Of a stretch of 64,000 nt of DNA, positions 1 to 10,167 are shown piece by piece. Position 1 is the stretch's first letter, and every line of letters begins with the position of its first letter. This DNA comes from Babesia bigemina (taxonomy: Eukaryota), in NCBI RefSeq assembly GCF_000981445.1, contig NC_027218.1:2666001-2730000 (forward strand), in the 5' to 3' direction. The position numbers were made by a program, and so were the translations under genes. Below the pieces are notes generated by a model. The model made no database searches and was not told the origin of the DNA. It saw only the letters and a program-made list of their open reading frames with translations.

Positions 1-433
1 CGTGCGGGTGTGATTCTACGTCTACACATGCTGCATCAACGTTTCCCGAATACCGGCGTTATTATCACCCAAGCGGCGCCAATAATATTTACGAAGCGCT
101 CTCCGGCAGCTTTACACGCTGTGACGTACGGCTCACGCCCGGCCGGGGATTGGCGACACACACGCCTTCCGTTTCGAGGATTCCACGGAGTCGATACGCG
201 TTTCACTTGCAGTAAATACGCTAATGTCGCCGCAAGGGCACCCGTGGCTAATGTGTAACTCGTTTTGGACCCTTTGCTCTATTTGTCCCCTCCCCCCCTT
301 GCCCCCCGACAGTGTGCTTATTTGTCACCTCATGGGTTATAGGGCAGCGCCGGGATTCTAGTCACTAACAAAAAAAGCGACGACAGGGTAACACCTTTCT
401 TGTGAACGTATTACAGCAGTTTTTTTATTCACG

Positions 434-3301
434 ATGGCGACGGAGGGTCAGGAGACCTACGCGTTCAACGCCGACATTTCACAGTTGCTGAGTAAGTGAC
501 CTCACACGAGCTAGCCAGTGAAGCCGCTGTGTTCGCAGCATATATTTGTTCGGTGTCTAGCGCAAATACAGGCGCTTATCGCGCTCGTTTTGCGCTGGAA
601 TCCACGGCGTCGTTGCAGTTGTTGTGTGCGCCTGTGTGTTAGCGGCCCACATACCCGCGCAGGTTTGATTATCAACGCCTTCTACAGCAACAAGGAGATC
701 TTCCTCCGTGAACTCATCAGTAACGCCAGCGATGCCTTGGAGAAGATCCGCTATGAGGCCATCAAGGACCCCAAGCAGGTGGAGGACTTCCCCGAGTACC
801 AGATCAGCCTGTCCGTCGACAAGGCTAACAAGACGTTGACCATCGAGGACACTGGTATCGGTATGACCAAGGCCGACCTCATCAACAACTTGGGTACCAT
901 CGCCAAGTCCGGTACCAAGGCCTTCATGGAGGCCATCCAGGCCGGCGCCGACATGTCTATGATCGGTCAGTTCGGTGTCGGTTTCTACTCGGCCTACCTG
1001 GTCGCCGACAAGGTCACCGTTGTGTCAAAGAACAACAACGACGACCAGTACATGTGGGAATCCAGCGCCAGCGGCCACTTCACCGTCACCAAGGACGAGT
1101 CCGGCGAGCAGCTGAAGCGTGGCACCCGCCTCATCCTCCACTTGAAGGATGACCAGACCGAGTACCTTGAGGAGCGCCGCCTCAAGGACCTCGTGAAGAA
1201 GCACAGCGAGTTCATCTCGTTCCCCATCCGCCTGTCGGTTGAGAAGACCACCGAGACTGAGGTCACCGACGACGAGGCCGAGCCCGCCGCCGACTCCGAG
1301 ACCAAGGAGGAGAAGATCAAGGATGTGACCGACGAGGTCGAGAAGGAAGGCGAGGAGGACAAGGATGGTGAGGATAAGGAGGGCGAAAAGAGCGCCGAGA
1401 AGAAGAAGCGCAAGGTCACCTCCGTCACCCGCGAGTGGGAGATGTTGAACAAGCAGAAGCCCATCTGGATGCGCCTGCCCACCGAGGTCACCCACGAGGA
1501 GTACGCCAGCTTCTACAAGAACCTGTGCAACGACTGGGAGGACCACTTGGCCGTCAAGCACTTCAGCGTCGAGGGTCAGCTTGAGTTCAAGGCGCTGCTG
1601 TTCATCCCCAAGCGCGCCCCCTTCGACATGTTCGAGAGCCGCAAGAAGAAGAACAACATCAAGTTGTACGTGCGCCGTGTGTTCATCATGGACGACTGCG
1701 AGGAGCTCATCCCTGAGTGGCTCGGTTTCGTGAAGGGTGTCGTCGACTCCGAGGACCTTCCCCTCAACATCAGTCGTGAGATTCTCCAGCAGAACAAGAT
1801 CCTTAAGGTCATCCGCAAGAACCTCGTCAAGAAGTGCCTTGAGCTCTTCGCCGAGCTCACCGAGAAGAAGGAGGACTTCAAGAAGTTCTACGAGCAGTTC
1901 AGCAAGAACCTGAAGTTGGGTATCCACGAGGACAACGCTAACCGCACCAAGGTATGTTCAGCTGCAATACGACGTTGCATGGGTTATTGTGGTGTTTGTG
2001 GCGCTGTAGGTGCAATATAAATCCGATCGGGTTTTGGTGGTGTTTCCGGTCGCGAAAAATCGCTTCCAGCGAGTGTACGTCGGAGGCCTTTTCCGGCTGG
2101 GATAGCAATACATCGTCCTTAAGGATGCCTCATCAGTGTCCGACTCAGCGGTGGTACATTTTCGTTGTTGCTATGCGATATTTGCCACATGTGAATACCC
2201 TTGCTGGTTTGCATCAAAGTGCTGGTCCGTTTGTGTTAAGTGGTGAAATGTAAGGACGTGCACGCGCTGATGTGAGCATGTTCGGTGCATCTGCGTTACA
2301 TTATTGCATCATCTTTATTGTGATTTGTGTGTTATTATCGGTCGTCATCTCATCGCAGATTGCCGAGCTTCTGCGTTACGAGACCAGCAAGAGCGGTGAC
2401 GAGGCCATCAGCCTGAAGGAATACGTCGACCGCATGAAGCCCGACCAGAAGTACATCTACTACATCACTGGTGAATCCAAGCAGAGCGTCGCCAACTCTC
2501 CCTTCCTGGAGCTGCTCCGCTCCAAGGGCATTGAGGTCATCTACATGACTGACCCCATTGACGAGTACGCCGTCCAGCAGATCAAGGAGTTCGAAGGCAA
2601 GAAACTCAAGTGCTGCACCAAGGAGAACCTCGAGTTGGAGGACACTGAGGAGGAGCGCAAGAGCTTCGAGACCCTCCAGAAGGAGATGGAGCCCCTCTGC
2701 CGCGTCATCAAGGAGATCCTTCACGACAAGGTTGAGAAGGTCATTTGCGGCAAGCGTTTCACCGAGAGCCCATGTGCCCTGGTCACCAGCGAATTCGGCT
2801 GGTCCGCTAACATGGAGCGTATCATGAAGGCCCAGGCCCTCCGTGACAACAACTTCGGGGTGAGTTCTAGTTCAAATTTTGTCCGTGCGCTAAAATGATG
2901 ATTCCCGTGCTATGCACCACTCCAACGGGTCCGCCCTGTGACGAAAGTGCACCATGTGTCTGATTTGCGCTGCATTGCCAACACTAACGTGTGCTCAGAG
3001 CTTTATGATCAGCAAGAAGACCATGGAGCTGAACCCTCACCACAGCATCATGAAGGAGCTCAAGCAGCGTGCTGAGACTGACAAGAGCGACAAGACCCTC
3101 AAGGACCTTGTATGGCTGCTCTACGACACTGCCATGCTGACCTCCGGTTTCAACTTGGACGACCCGACTCAGTTTGGTGGTCGCATATACCGCATGATCA
3201 AGCTGGGTCTGTCCTTGGACGATGACGCTCCGGTAGAGGACGTCGAAATTCCATCCCTGGACGAGGTCGTGGTTGACCCGAAGATGGAAGAAGTTGACTA
3301 A
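434..3301 (+). CDS. HSP90: Cytosolic heat shock protein 90, 4 exons (434-491, 663-1951, 2359-2859, 2999-3301)
   Basis: [53 protein letters not shown] and [10 protein letters not shown] motifs; C-terminal MEEVD; GT-AG introns keep the frame. Confidence 0.98.
2887..2970 (+). ncRNA. Intronic box C/D snoRNA in HSP90 intron 3, candidate 18S rRNA 2'-O-methylation guide
   Basis: Box C ATGATGA 2895-2901, box D CTGA 2960-2963, C' GTGACGA 2938-2944; terminal stem GCGC(T)AAA/TTTGCGC; guide GCTATGCACCACT 2909-2921 complementary to conserved 18S GGUGGUGCAUGGC. Confidence 0.8.
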
Positions 3302-3535
3302 GCGTTCAATCGCCCGCGCTAACGTTTGTCACCGCCTAGCAGCGATGTGTCTCACTTTAGTAATTTATTAGCATTTCAACTCGCGTGCCTGAGGTGTGTG
3401 TTCGGCAACTGTGCTTACGCGCTCCCTGCTGTGTGGTGTCGCTTTGGTGGGCAGGGGCCGAGTCTGCCCTCTCCATCACTGTTTTTCCCTCTCGCATCTG
3501 TGTCTTAGTTCGCTTAGTGCTATTATTTCGGCGCG

Positions 3536-4221
3536 ATGGGAGGTGCTATATCGAGGTTGTACAACAGGCTGATGTCCAAGCAGGACGTCAGGATCCTGAT
3601 GGTGGGTCTTGACGCGTCCGGCAAGACCACGATTTTGTACAAGCTGAAGCTGGGAGAGGTCGTGACCACGATTCCGACGATCGGTTTTAACGTCGAGACC
3701 GTGGAATACAAGAACATTTCCTTCACTGTGTGGGACGTAGGAGGGCAGGACAAGGTGTGTTTGGTCTCCAGCTTTCTTCCGGCGGCTGATATGTGTGCCT
3801 ACGGTGTGCACTAATATCATGACGGCCGTGCCTTGTGTTTTCCAGTCCTCATTTGCGCTCAGATCCGTCCTCTGTGGAAGCACTACTACACCAACACCCA
3901 GGCTGTGATATTCGTGGTCGACAGCAACGACCGTGCGCGCATCAAGGACGCACGCGAGGAATTGCACAAGATGATGAACGAAGATGAGCTGCGCGAGGCG
4001 TTCTTGTTGATCTACGCCAACAAGCAGGACCTGCCGAACGCCATCCCGGCGACGGAACTGTCGAACGAGCTGGGCCTCAACCAGTTCGGTAACCGCACAT
4101 GGTAAGGAAATTTTTATCGTGAATAACGCGCTGCAGGTACATCCAAGCCGCCTGCGCTACTCAGGGCACCGGCCTCTACGAGGGCATGGACTGGCTGACC
4201 AACGCGCTTAAGCACAAGTAG
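3536..4221 (+). CDS. ARF: ADP-ribosylation factor family GTPase, 3 exons (3536-3754, 3863-4101, 4137-4221)
   Basis: MG myristoylation start; [18 protein letters not shown] and CAT motifs. Confidence 0.95.
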
Positions 4222-4247
4222 CCTGTTTCAGCTTCCAACAAAGTGCT

Positions 4248-5069
4248 ATGTTTTTGACTCTAGTGATATGCGTGTTGCTTTGTAGTGAGGTTTTCGCTCC
4301 GTGCAAGGGTGCGTTGCTGCCGTTGCGTCGTTTCGACGCCGCCGCGCTTGCGTCGCGTCGTCACGGCCTGCCCGCTTCCAGCAGTCTGCGTCATGTAGGC
4401 AAAGGATTGGCCGACTATGTACCTTCCGAGGCTGACGCAGCCTCCAATTTGGCAACCTGGCGGTCTGAGACGTGGCCGACGCTGGACCGGTTGTTTGCCA
4501 ATTCCATCGCAGGGTTGAGAAAAGCATCGCTTCTCAGTGAGCTTGTCTTGTCGGTAAAATGTTCGCTGGAGGCTCTGGATGCGGCGCTGGCGCCCTTTCG
4601 TGGTGTTCCGGTGATTTATCTGCTGTTGTACGTCGACGTGCACAACTTCGCATCGAGGTTCATGCGCTTGTTGAGGTCGCAATGCCGTAAGTGCGATTCA
4701 TATGCGCGATTTACGGCTCTGGATTCCTCTCCACGACTGATGTCTATGTTACAGGGACATTCGCAGTCTATGATATCGATGAGGGACGCCGCATCACGTT
4801 TCATGGGCTCGCTCAAGGTAAACGTACCTGGTAGCCGGAAGCACCTTTTGCCGCGCATCAGCACCATGCCATCCCGTTACTGGGGCGCAGTTCACCGTTC
4901 TGCGCGTCGTTCGGGCTTGTTGGTGTTTATGGCTGGGTGTTGCTTGTGTGCTGTGAACCGCGTGCTGTTGCCGCTGCTGTTGGGCCAGGTGTTGCCCGCT
5001 CTGTCCCGTGGCATCGGGTTGGGAAGCTTGTCAGGACTGTCGGATGTTTTGTCGCTGCAACTGGAGTAA
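4248..5069 (+). CDS. Hypothetical protein with N-terminal signal peptide and hydrophobic C-terminus
   Basis: 273-aa ATG ORF; hydrophobic N-terminus MFLTLVICVLLCSEVFA followed by a basic stretch (possible bipartite apicoplast leader). Confidence 0.55.
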   Translation: MFLTLVICVLLCSEVFAPCKGALLPLRRFDAAALASRRHGLPASSSLRHVGKGLADYVPSEADAASNLATWRSETWPTLDRLFANSIAGLRKASLLSELVLSVKCSLEALDAALAPFRGVPVIYLLLYVDVHNFASRFMRLLRSQCRKCDSYARFTALDSSPRLMSMLQGHSQSMISMRDAASRFMGSLKVNVPGSRKHLLPRISTMPSRYWGAVHRSARRSGLLVFMAGCCLCAVNRVLLPLLLGQVLPALSRGIGLGSLSGLSDVLSLQLE

Positions 5070-5606
5070 GGGTCAAGTGGGAAGTTGCGGCGTGCGCCTC
5101 TGCGGTACTTTTGCGTCAAGGTGCCATGAAACTGACAGGTCGATTGTGCGCGGGTAACGCTGCAGTGATGTTGGCGGCAATTACTTTGGGGCGCTCGAAC
5201 TGCACATGCGTAATTGTGGCAGCTGTGTGCAGGCAGTTACCGTCACCGTGATTCACGTGCCACCTAACAAGCTGTCTGGCTTGGTGAGCTGTCAGCCCAA
5301 ACTGCTATTATCCGGCGCTGGTGTAACGATAAAATCGACAAGCTGTGCTATCTGAAGTGAAATATATATGTAGTGCACTACGGACGGTTATTTTCACCGG
5401 TGGTGCGCCGTTCAGCGGTATATGACTGATGGAATCCTTTGCGCTACATGCATGTCTAGGCGAGACGTTAAGGCACATTGAGTCATCGCCGCCTCTTTAC
5501 GGTTTGCCGCACGTGCCATGTGTAGCGTCACGATAGTTTTATATGCACTTTATCTTTTGCGGAATATTGAAGGCAAATTTTCAGAGCGATTAGCAACTCG
5601 GTAACA

Positions 5607-6722
5607 ATGGCGAACTCAACGTTGGTGGGCCATCGGAGATGGTTTGGCATTATGGCCCTGGCGGTCATGATGGCGTGTGGAGCTACTGCGCAGGTTGATG
5701 ACAAGAGCCGGACTAACTCCTTAAACGATTACTTAGGGGCATACGTAAATGGCAAGAGAACTGTGTACGAAAATTCAAAACGGCCGTCACCGCATCTGGA
5801 AAAACACATATTCGTCACAAACTCTGCATATCTGAAGAACAAAAAGTATTTGTTGGAGGACATTCTTGCTAGCTACCAAAGACCACATCCTGTCAAACCC
5901 TATCTGGAGAAATTTGTTGAATATTTGCAAAGTACGCTTGTAGAAGCAAAAGAAGATTCTCTTGTTGTATTCAAACCTAGTGAGATGTGTGCAAACTCCC
6001 TTAAAATGCTTTGGGGTGTTATTCACCTTTTGAAGGAACGGCCACACATCAAACATGATACACTCGACATTCACAGCACAGGAGTGCATTTTAAAAACCC
6101 AACGAAAAACACGATAGATAAGCATATCATGGACACTTTGCTGCTGATATGCCAACAAATATATGCGCAATGCTATACCGAGATGGAAATTTTCGTGAAA
6201 CAAGACCTACCGAATGATCACCAGGAAGTAAGCAGCAATGACTCACCCAGGAGTCTCGGAGACGGTGGTAACACCGTCGGCAGCCATGAGGCGATTACGA
6301 AAGGTGCTAGCAGTGCTGACAGCAGCGCACTGCCATCGTCAAGCTGGGCAGACAGCAAGACCGCCCCACTGCGTATTAAGAGGTCGATGGATGCACGGAA
6401 GCCCGAGCCGTCGGTATCGTCACAAGAGCCCGGTCCATCCGGTGTTAATCCCGCACCATCCGACGACGACAAACAACTGCAGCGACAGTTGAGTGAGGGC
6501 GAATCTGGCCCCGCGGAGCAGGACGACGATAAGCGGTCCCATAACCCTCCTCACAATAAGATAGACGAAAATAGTGCTGCAGACTGGGACGAATATAACG
6601 AGTCGTATTGGAATGGGATTAGGAAATTGCGGGAGGATAGCGAATCGATGGACGAATCCGGTGAGCCACTCTCCTGGTGGAAACGGTTCCTGAGATCTAT
6701 GCGCAAACGTAGCAGCATATAA
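5607..6722 (+). CDS. Hypothetical secreted protein
   Basis: 371-aa intronless ORF; signal-like WFGIMALAVMMACGATA; low-complexity acidic/Ser-rich C-terminal half. Confidence 0.75.
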   Translation: MANSTLVGHRRWFGIMALAVMMACGATAQVDDKSRTNSLNDYLGAYVNGKRTVYENSKRPSPHLEKHIFVTNSAYLKNKKYLLEDILASYQRPHPVKPYLEKFVEYLQSTLVEAKEDSLVVFKPSEMCANSLKMLWGVIHLLKERPHIKHDTLDIHSTGVHFKNPTKNTIDKHIMDTLLLICQQIYAQCYTEMEIFVKQDLPNDHQEVSSNDSPRSLGDGGNTVGSHEAITKGASSADSSALPSSSWADSKTAPLRIKRSMDARKPEPSVSSQEPGPSGVNPAPSDDDKQLQRQLSEGESGPAEQDDDKRSHNPPHNKIDENSAADWDEYNESYWNGIRKLREDSESMDESGEPLSWWKRFLRSMRKRSSI

Positions 6723-7140
6723 TCGAGATATCTCGGTTGTATTAAGAAGTATCACCTGCTTCGGGTATTGTCGCCAAACGCGTACAACTGCTAAATATAG
6801 AGAGTAATCACAGTTGCACCATGTATAGACAGATTAAAAAGTGGTGGTTTTATGGGTAAAGCTGTATTGCCCGTGTATTCCGTTGTGTAACGTGATTTGT
6901 GGTACGTTAGCCTTAGGAGTTTTACATGACTCTTTATAGCTCGTGACCTACACGGCTGTTGTGTTACATAGAGGGTCCATATGGTGCTGTTGTCTAAGTC
7001 AACTGGTATTATCCATCCTGTAATGTCATTGTGATTGTTAACGAAACTGTAGTAACCTCTTGGTTTGGCCTGTCTCATCACGTGTGCTGCCACCTTGAAC
7101 TTTGTCTGGTAGCTGAACGCGATTGATAATATGTCTTGCA

Positions 7141-7632
7141 GAAAAACCTCGGGTCATCGTGTTCCCCGGTCTATAAAAGTTGCCCATAAATGATCTTGCC
7201 GTCATGACCAATGACCCCTACATGCAAGTCTGCGGAGTTACGTCCTCATCGGATAAGTTTTTCAAGCCCGAAACACCTAAACTATACGACGCTGACGGAA
7301 GAGAAATCGGTTGCAAAATCGACATTCATACCGCTGAAGAAGCGGCGTTCTACTGCCCAGCACCCTACGTCCTGGATCCACCCAATTGCTTCAACCAAGT
7401 TTATGTAGATGGTGAAGTGAAGCACCTGGGTGACGTTAGCCAGTCATTGGTAGCGTCACATTCCAACCACTTCGTCGTTATAAAGTTCGACAGCGAGCTC
7501 GTAGGGCGGGGGGAAACGCTGCGCCAGACCCCGCCGTTGGAGTGCCACTGCGTCACTACCAAGGGTGTAGTTCTATCCACCATCCAAATCGAGAACTACT
7601 ACGCCAAGGAATACTTGACTGATATTTGGTAA
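7141..7632 (+). pseudogene. Orphan C-terminal 6-Cys (s48/45-like) domain fragment
   Basis: MQVCG...GCKID...AAFYCP..VLDPPNCF...LECHC cysteine pattern; in-frame TAA at 7174-7176; no signal peptide or upstream domains. Confidence 0.65.
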
Positions 7633-8862
7633 TCCGTTTGGCGAATAGACACTTTAATTGTCATAGTTCACGTTGGTCGATCTGCTGGTTTGTGTATTAA
7701 GTGGTATCAGGTTTTTGTTGAAATTACTGTAGTTGCATATCCAATAGCACGTTTTAGTCTTTATAACTTCTGTGTAAAACATAATGCCTGGTTAGTAGAT
7801 TGAAATGAAAATACGTCTCACTTCTTCGTTATACAGTTACTCCTGTATACACTTGGAAGGTGGGCTGCAACCATCTCAATATATTGTCACAATTCCAAAA
7901 ACTAACAACCCCATTAATACGTAGCAATGAGTAATAGCTGGTGCTTAGCGATGGACGACACTTACTTCACCGATGTTGATGAGCGACCACCATTCGGTGT
8001 TTGGCCGTGTCGAACAATGGGTTGCGAAACAGACGCCTAGTGCCGCAACTCATCGTCATGTGCTCACGATAGACTCTATGAGATGTTATGTCATGTTGCA
8101 GTAAGTCACATTGGTAAATGCAAATTGCGACTGTATAGGTGCTGCCCAACCCAGTGACAGCCCACAGATTGATGGGATGGGCAACAACAAAATCTCGAAA
8201 TTTTTATATTGAGATGTTAATCAGTAACACGATGGCAAACATGGTGGAAAAGGGGTGAGTCGCCGAAGCAGGTGAACAGCGTTCGGGAAATCTCAGTTCA
8301 ACAGGGGGTTCGACACCATCACGGTTGGGATTTGAAGCTCAGTGTAACATGCAGTGATACGGTATTAACAACAAAACGTTATGTGAGACGCTATGGATAG
8401 TGTTGCCATCATTTCTAAGTTGAGAAAACTAAATAGCCTACTGAAGCGCGACACCGCTTTTTGGTAGCATAACATGCGTGCCGGATGACAGGTGGGGCCA
8501 ATAATCCAGCAGCATCGCAATCATTTTAATGATCCATCATGAAGGCAACATAGGCAGTTATTAATGCAGCTCGTACATTATTTAGGGGGTCTAAGAACCT
8601 GTAATACATTTGCTCAGGTATATGTGAGGCAAGGTAAGCAATCTACATATACCCCCCCCCTATGGGACTGGTATCTCTGTACTGCATGACACGCGGCTGT
8701 GGTATAGCTGCCGGCAGACGGGTGTCAATGGCCTGGCCCTGCAAGAATGGGCTGGCGGTTGCAGCGGTAAGGGCACGTGGTTCATGGTTGCAGGTTGGTG
8801 AGTGCGTTGCTGAGGTGATTGATATGTTTGCAGGTTGAGGGGAGTGGAAGGGGAGCGGGAAG

Positions 8863-9276
8863 ATGGGGAAAGGGGATCAGTGTAGGTTTTGTGGTAAGGG
8901 TTGTAAAATGCTTGAGGTGTGTTATTGCTGTCCCTGGTGTTGTTCGGGATGTAGTGGTAGCGCCAAGTGCATTGAATGTGTCATGTTCTGTATGATACGC
9001 CTCAAAAGCAAGGAATGCCCTCCGTCGGGGTGTGACACTCAATGTAGAGGCAGGGAGAATACATGTGAATGTAAGTGTTGTACAAAAAAACCACGCATTC
9101 CCCCCGGTCCCTCCTCTTACTCCCGTGCAGAGCCTCACGCAGGTCAACCTACCACCGATTCATCCACCGCCCCTTACATCATCGCCGCCGTCGCCCTCAT
9201 CATCCTCGTCATCTGCGTCATGATCTACTTCCGCGTCCGGCCGTTCCACAGGGTGCGCTATCTACTGCGCAGCTGA
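8863..9276 (+). CDS. Small Cys-rich single-TM protein
   Basis: 137 aa; CxxC/CxCC-rich N-terminus, Pro/Ser linker, TM YIIAAVALIILVICVMIYF, basic tail; probable 5'UTR intron ~8797-8833. Confidence 0.75.
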   Translation: MGKGDQCRFCGKGCKMLEVCYCCPWCCSGCSGSAKCIECVMFCMIRLKSKECPPSGCDTQCRGRENTCECKCCTKKPRIPPGPSSYSRAEPHAGQPTTDSSTAPYIIAAVALIILVICVMIYFRVRPFHRVRYLLRS

Positions 9277-9284
9277 TTACAATA

Positions 9285-9651
9285 ACCTAACTGGCAACGG
9301 AAATCTAATGTGCTAGACAGTAGTGATCGCGTTGATGGCCAATCACATAAGCAGTGAGGTGACCATCCCTCCATTTCCCCCTCCGCCATCGCCGCCGTCA
9401 TCGTTGCCATCATCGTCGTCATCATCCTGCTCGACCTGTGCATCTTCCGCTTTCCGGTGGGCCGCAACATCCGCGATTTCCTCGTACGCAAGATACCCTT
9501 CTGCATCGCGTTTTACAGCTAATTATAGCAATTTGTTGGCGCTAACATCGTAATCCATATTCCACTGATCACCTAACTGGCAAGTGACATCTAATGTCTA
9601 GACAAAGTAATGATTGCGTTGATGACCAATCGCATGAGCAGTGAGGTGACC
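9285..9651 (+). repeat. ~80-bp imperfect direct repeat (9285-9364 and 9571-9651)
   Basis: ACCTAACTGGCAA...ATCTAATGT..TAGACA...GCGTTGATG.CCAATC.CAT.AGCAGTGAGGTGACC in both copies, each downstream of a TM-coding stop. Confidence 0.9.
9361..9522 (+). pseudogene. Start-less TM plus cytoplasmic-tail module
   Basis: Reads DHPSISPSAIAAVIVAIIVVIILLDLCIFRFPVGRNIRDFLVRKIPFCIAFYS*; in-frame TGA at 9355 and no ATG. Confidence 0.65.
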
Positions 9652-10167
9652 TAGCACCTGGCCTAGGTGGTGACATACCGCCTCACCTAACGTCTAACCA
9701 AATGTTTGTATTTTCTGCTCCATTTACACCTACAATGCTTACTATTAATATTACGTCGCTATCATTCTACACCCTCTCCCTCCAGCATGGCTGCCTGGGC
9801 TTGTCGCCTTCCCTCCTCAGGTGAGTGGTATGTCTATAGGATTCTTGTGATGGTTCATGGATTTTGCAATATGGTTTAAGTGTGGCATTGTCTCTGTATG
9901 ATGCCTATCGTTGTCACTCAGCGCATCACATCGTAGCCCTTTCACTCAGCACACTTAGTTGTCTGCCATGCTGTGTTAAGCGGCGTCACCTTAGAGGTGT
10001 GATCACTCCAGTGTTTCCTAGTTCACATAGTCCTGGAGGCTGAAAGTGGTGGTTTGTAAGAGTGGATTAGTGGGTGATCACCCTTATGTTTCCCAGTCCA
10101 CATATTCATGGAGGTTTGCCGTGGTGATTTGTAAGCGTGGGATAGAGGGTGATTGGAAGTGGAAAAT

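Noticed and set aside
1025..1927. Long antisense ORFs (also 50675-51556, 56084-57073, 55225-55911)
   Set aside because: Shadows of high-GC3 codon usage on the opposite strand of real genes
9285..9651. Direct repeats as a CRISPR array, LTRs or transposon ends
   Set aside because: Only two diverged copies, eukaryotic context, no cas/transposase/RT, no target-site duplication
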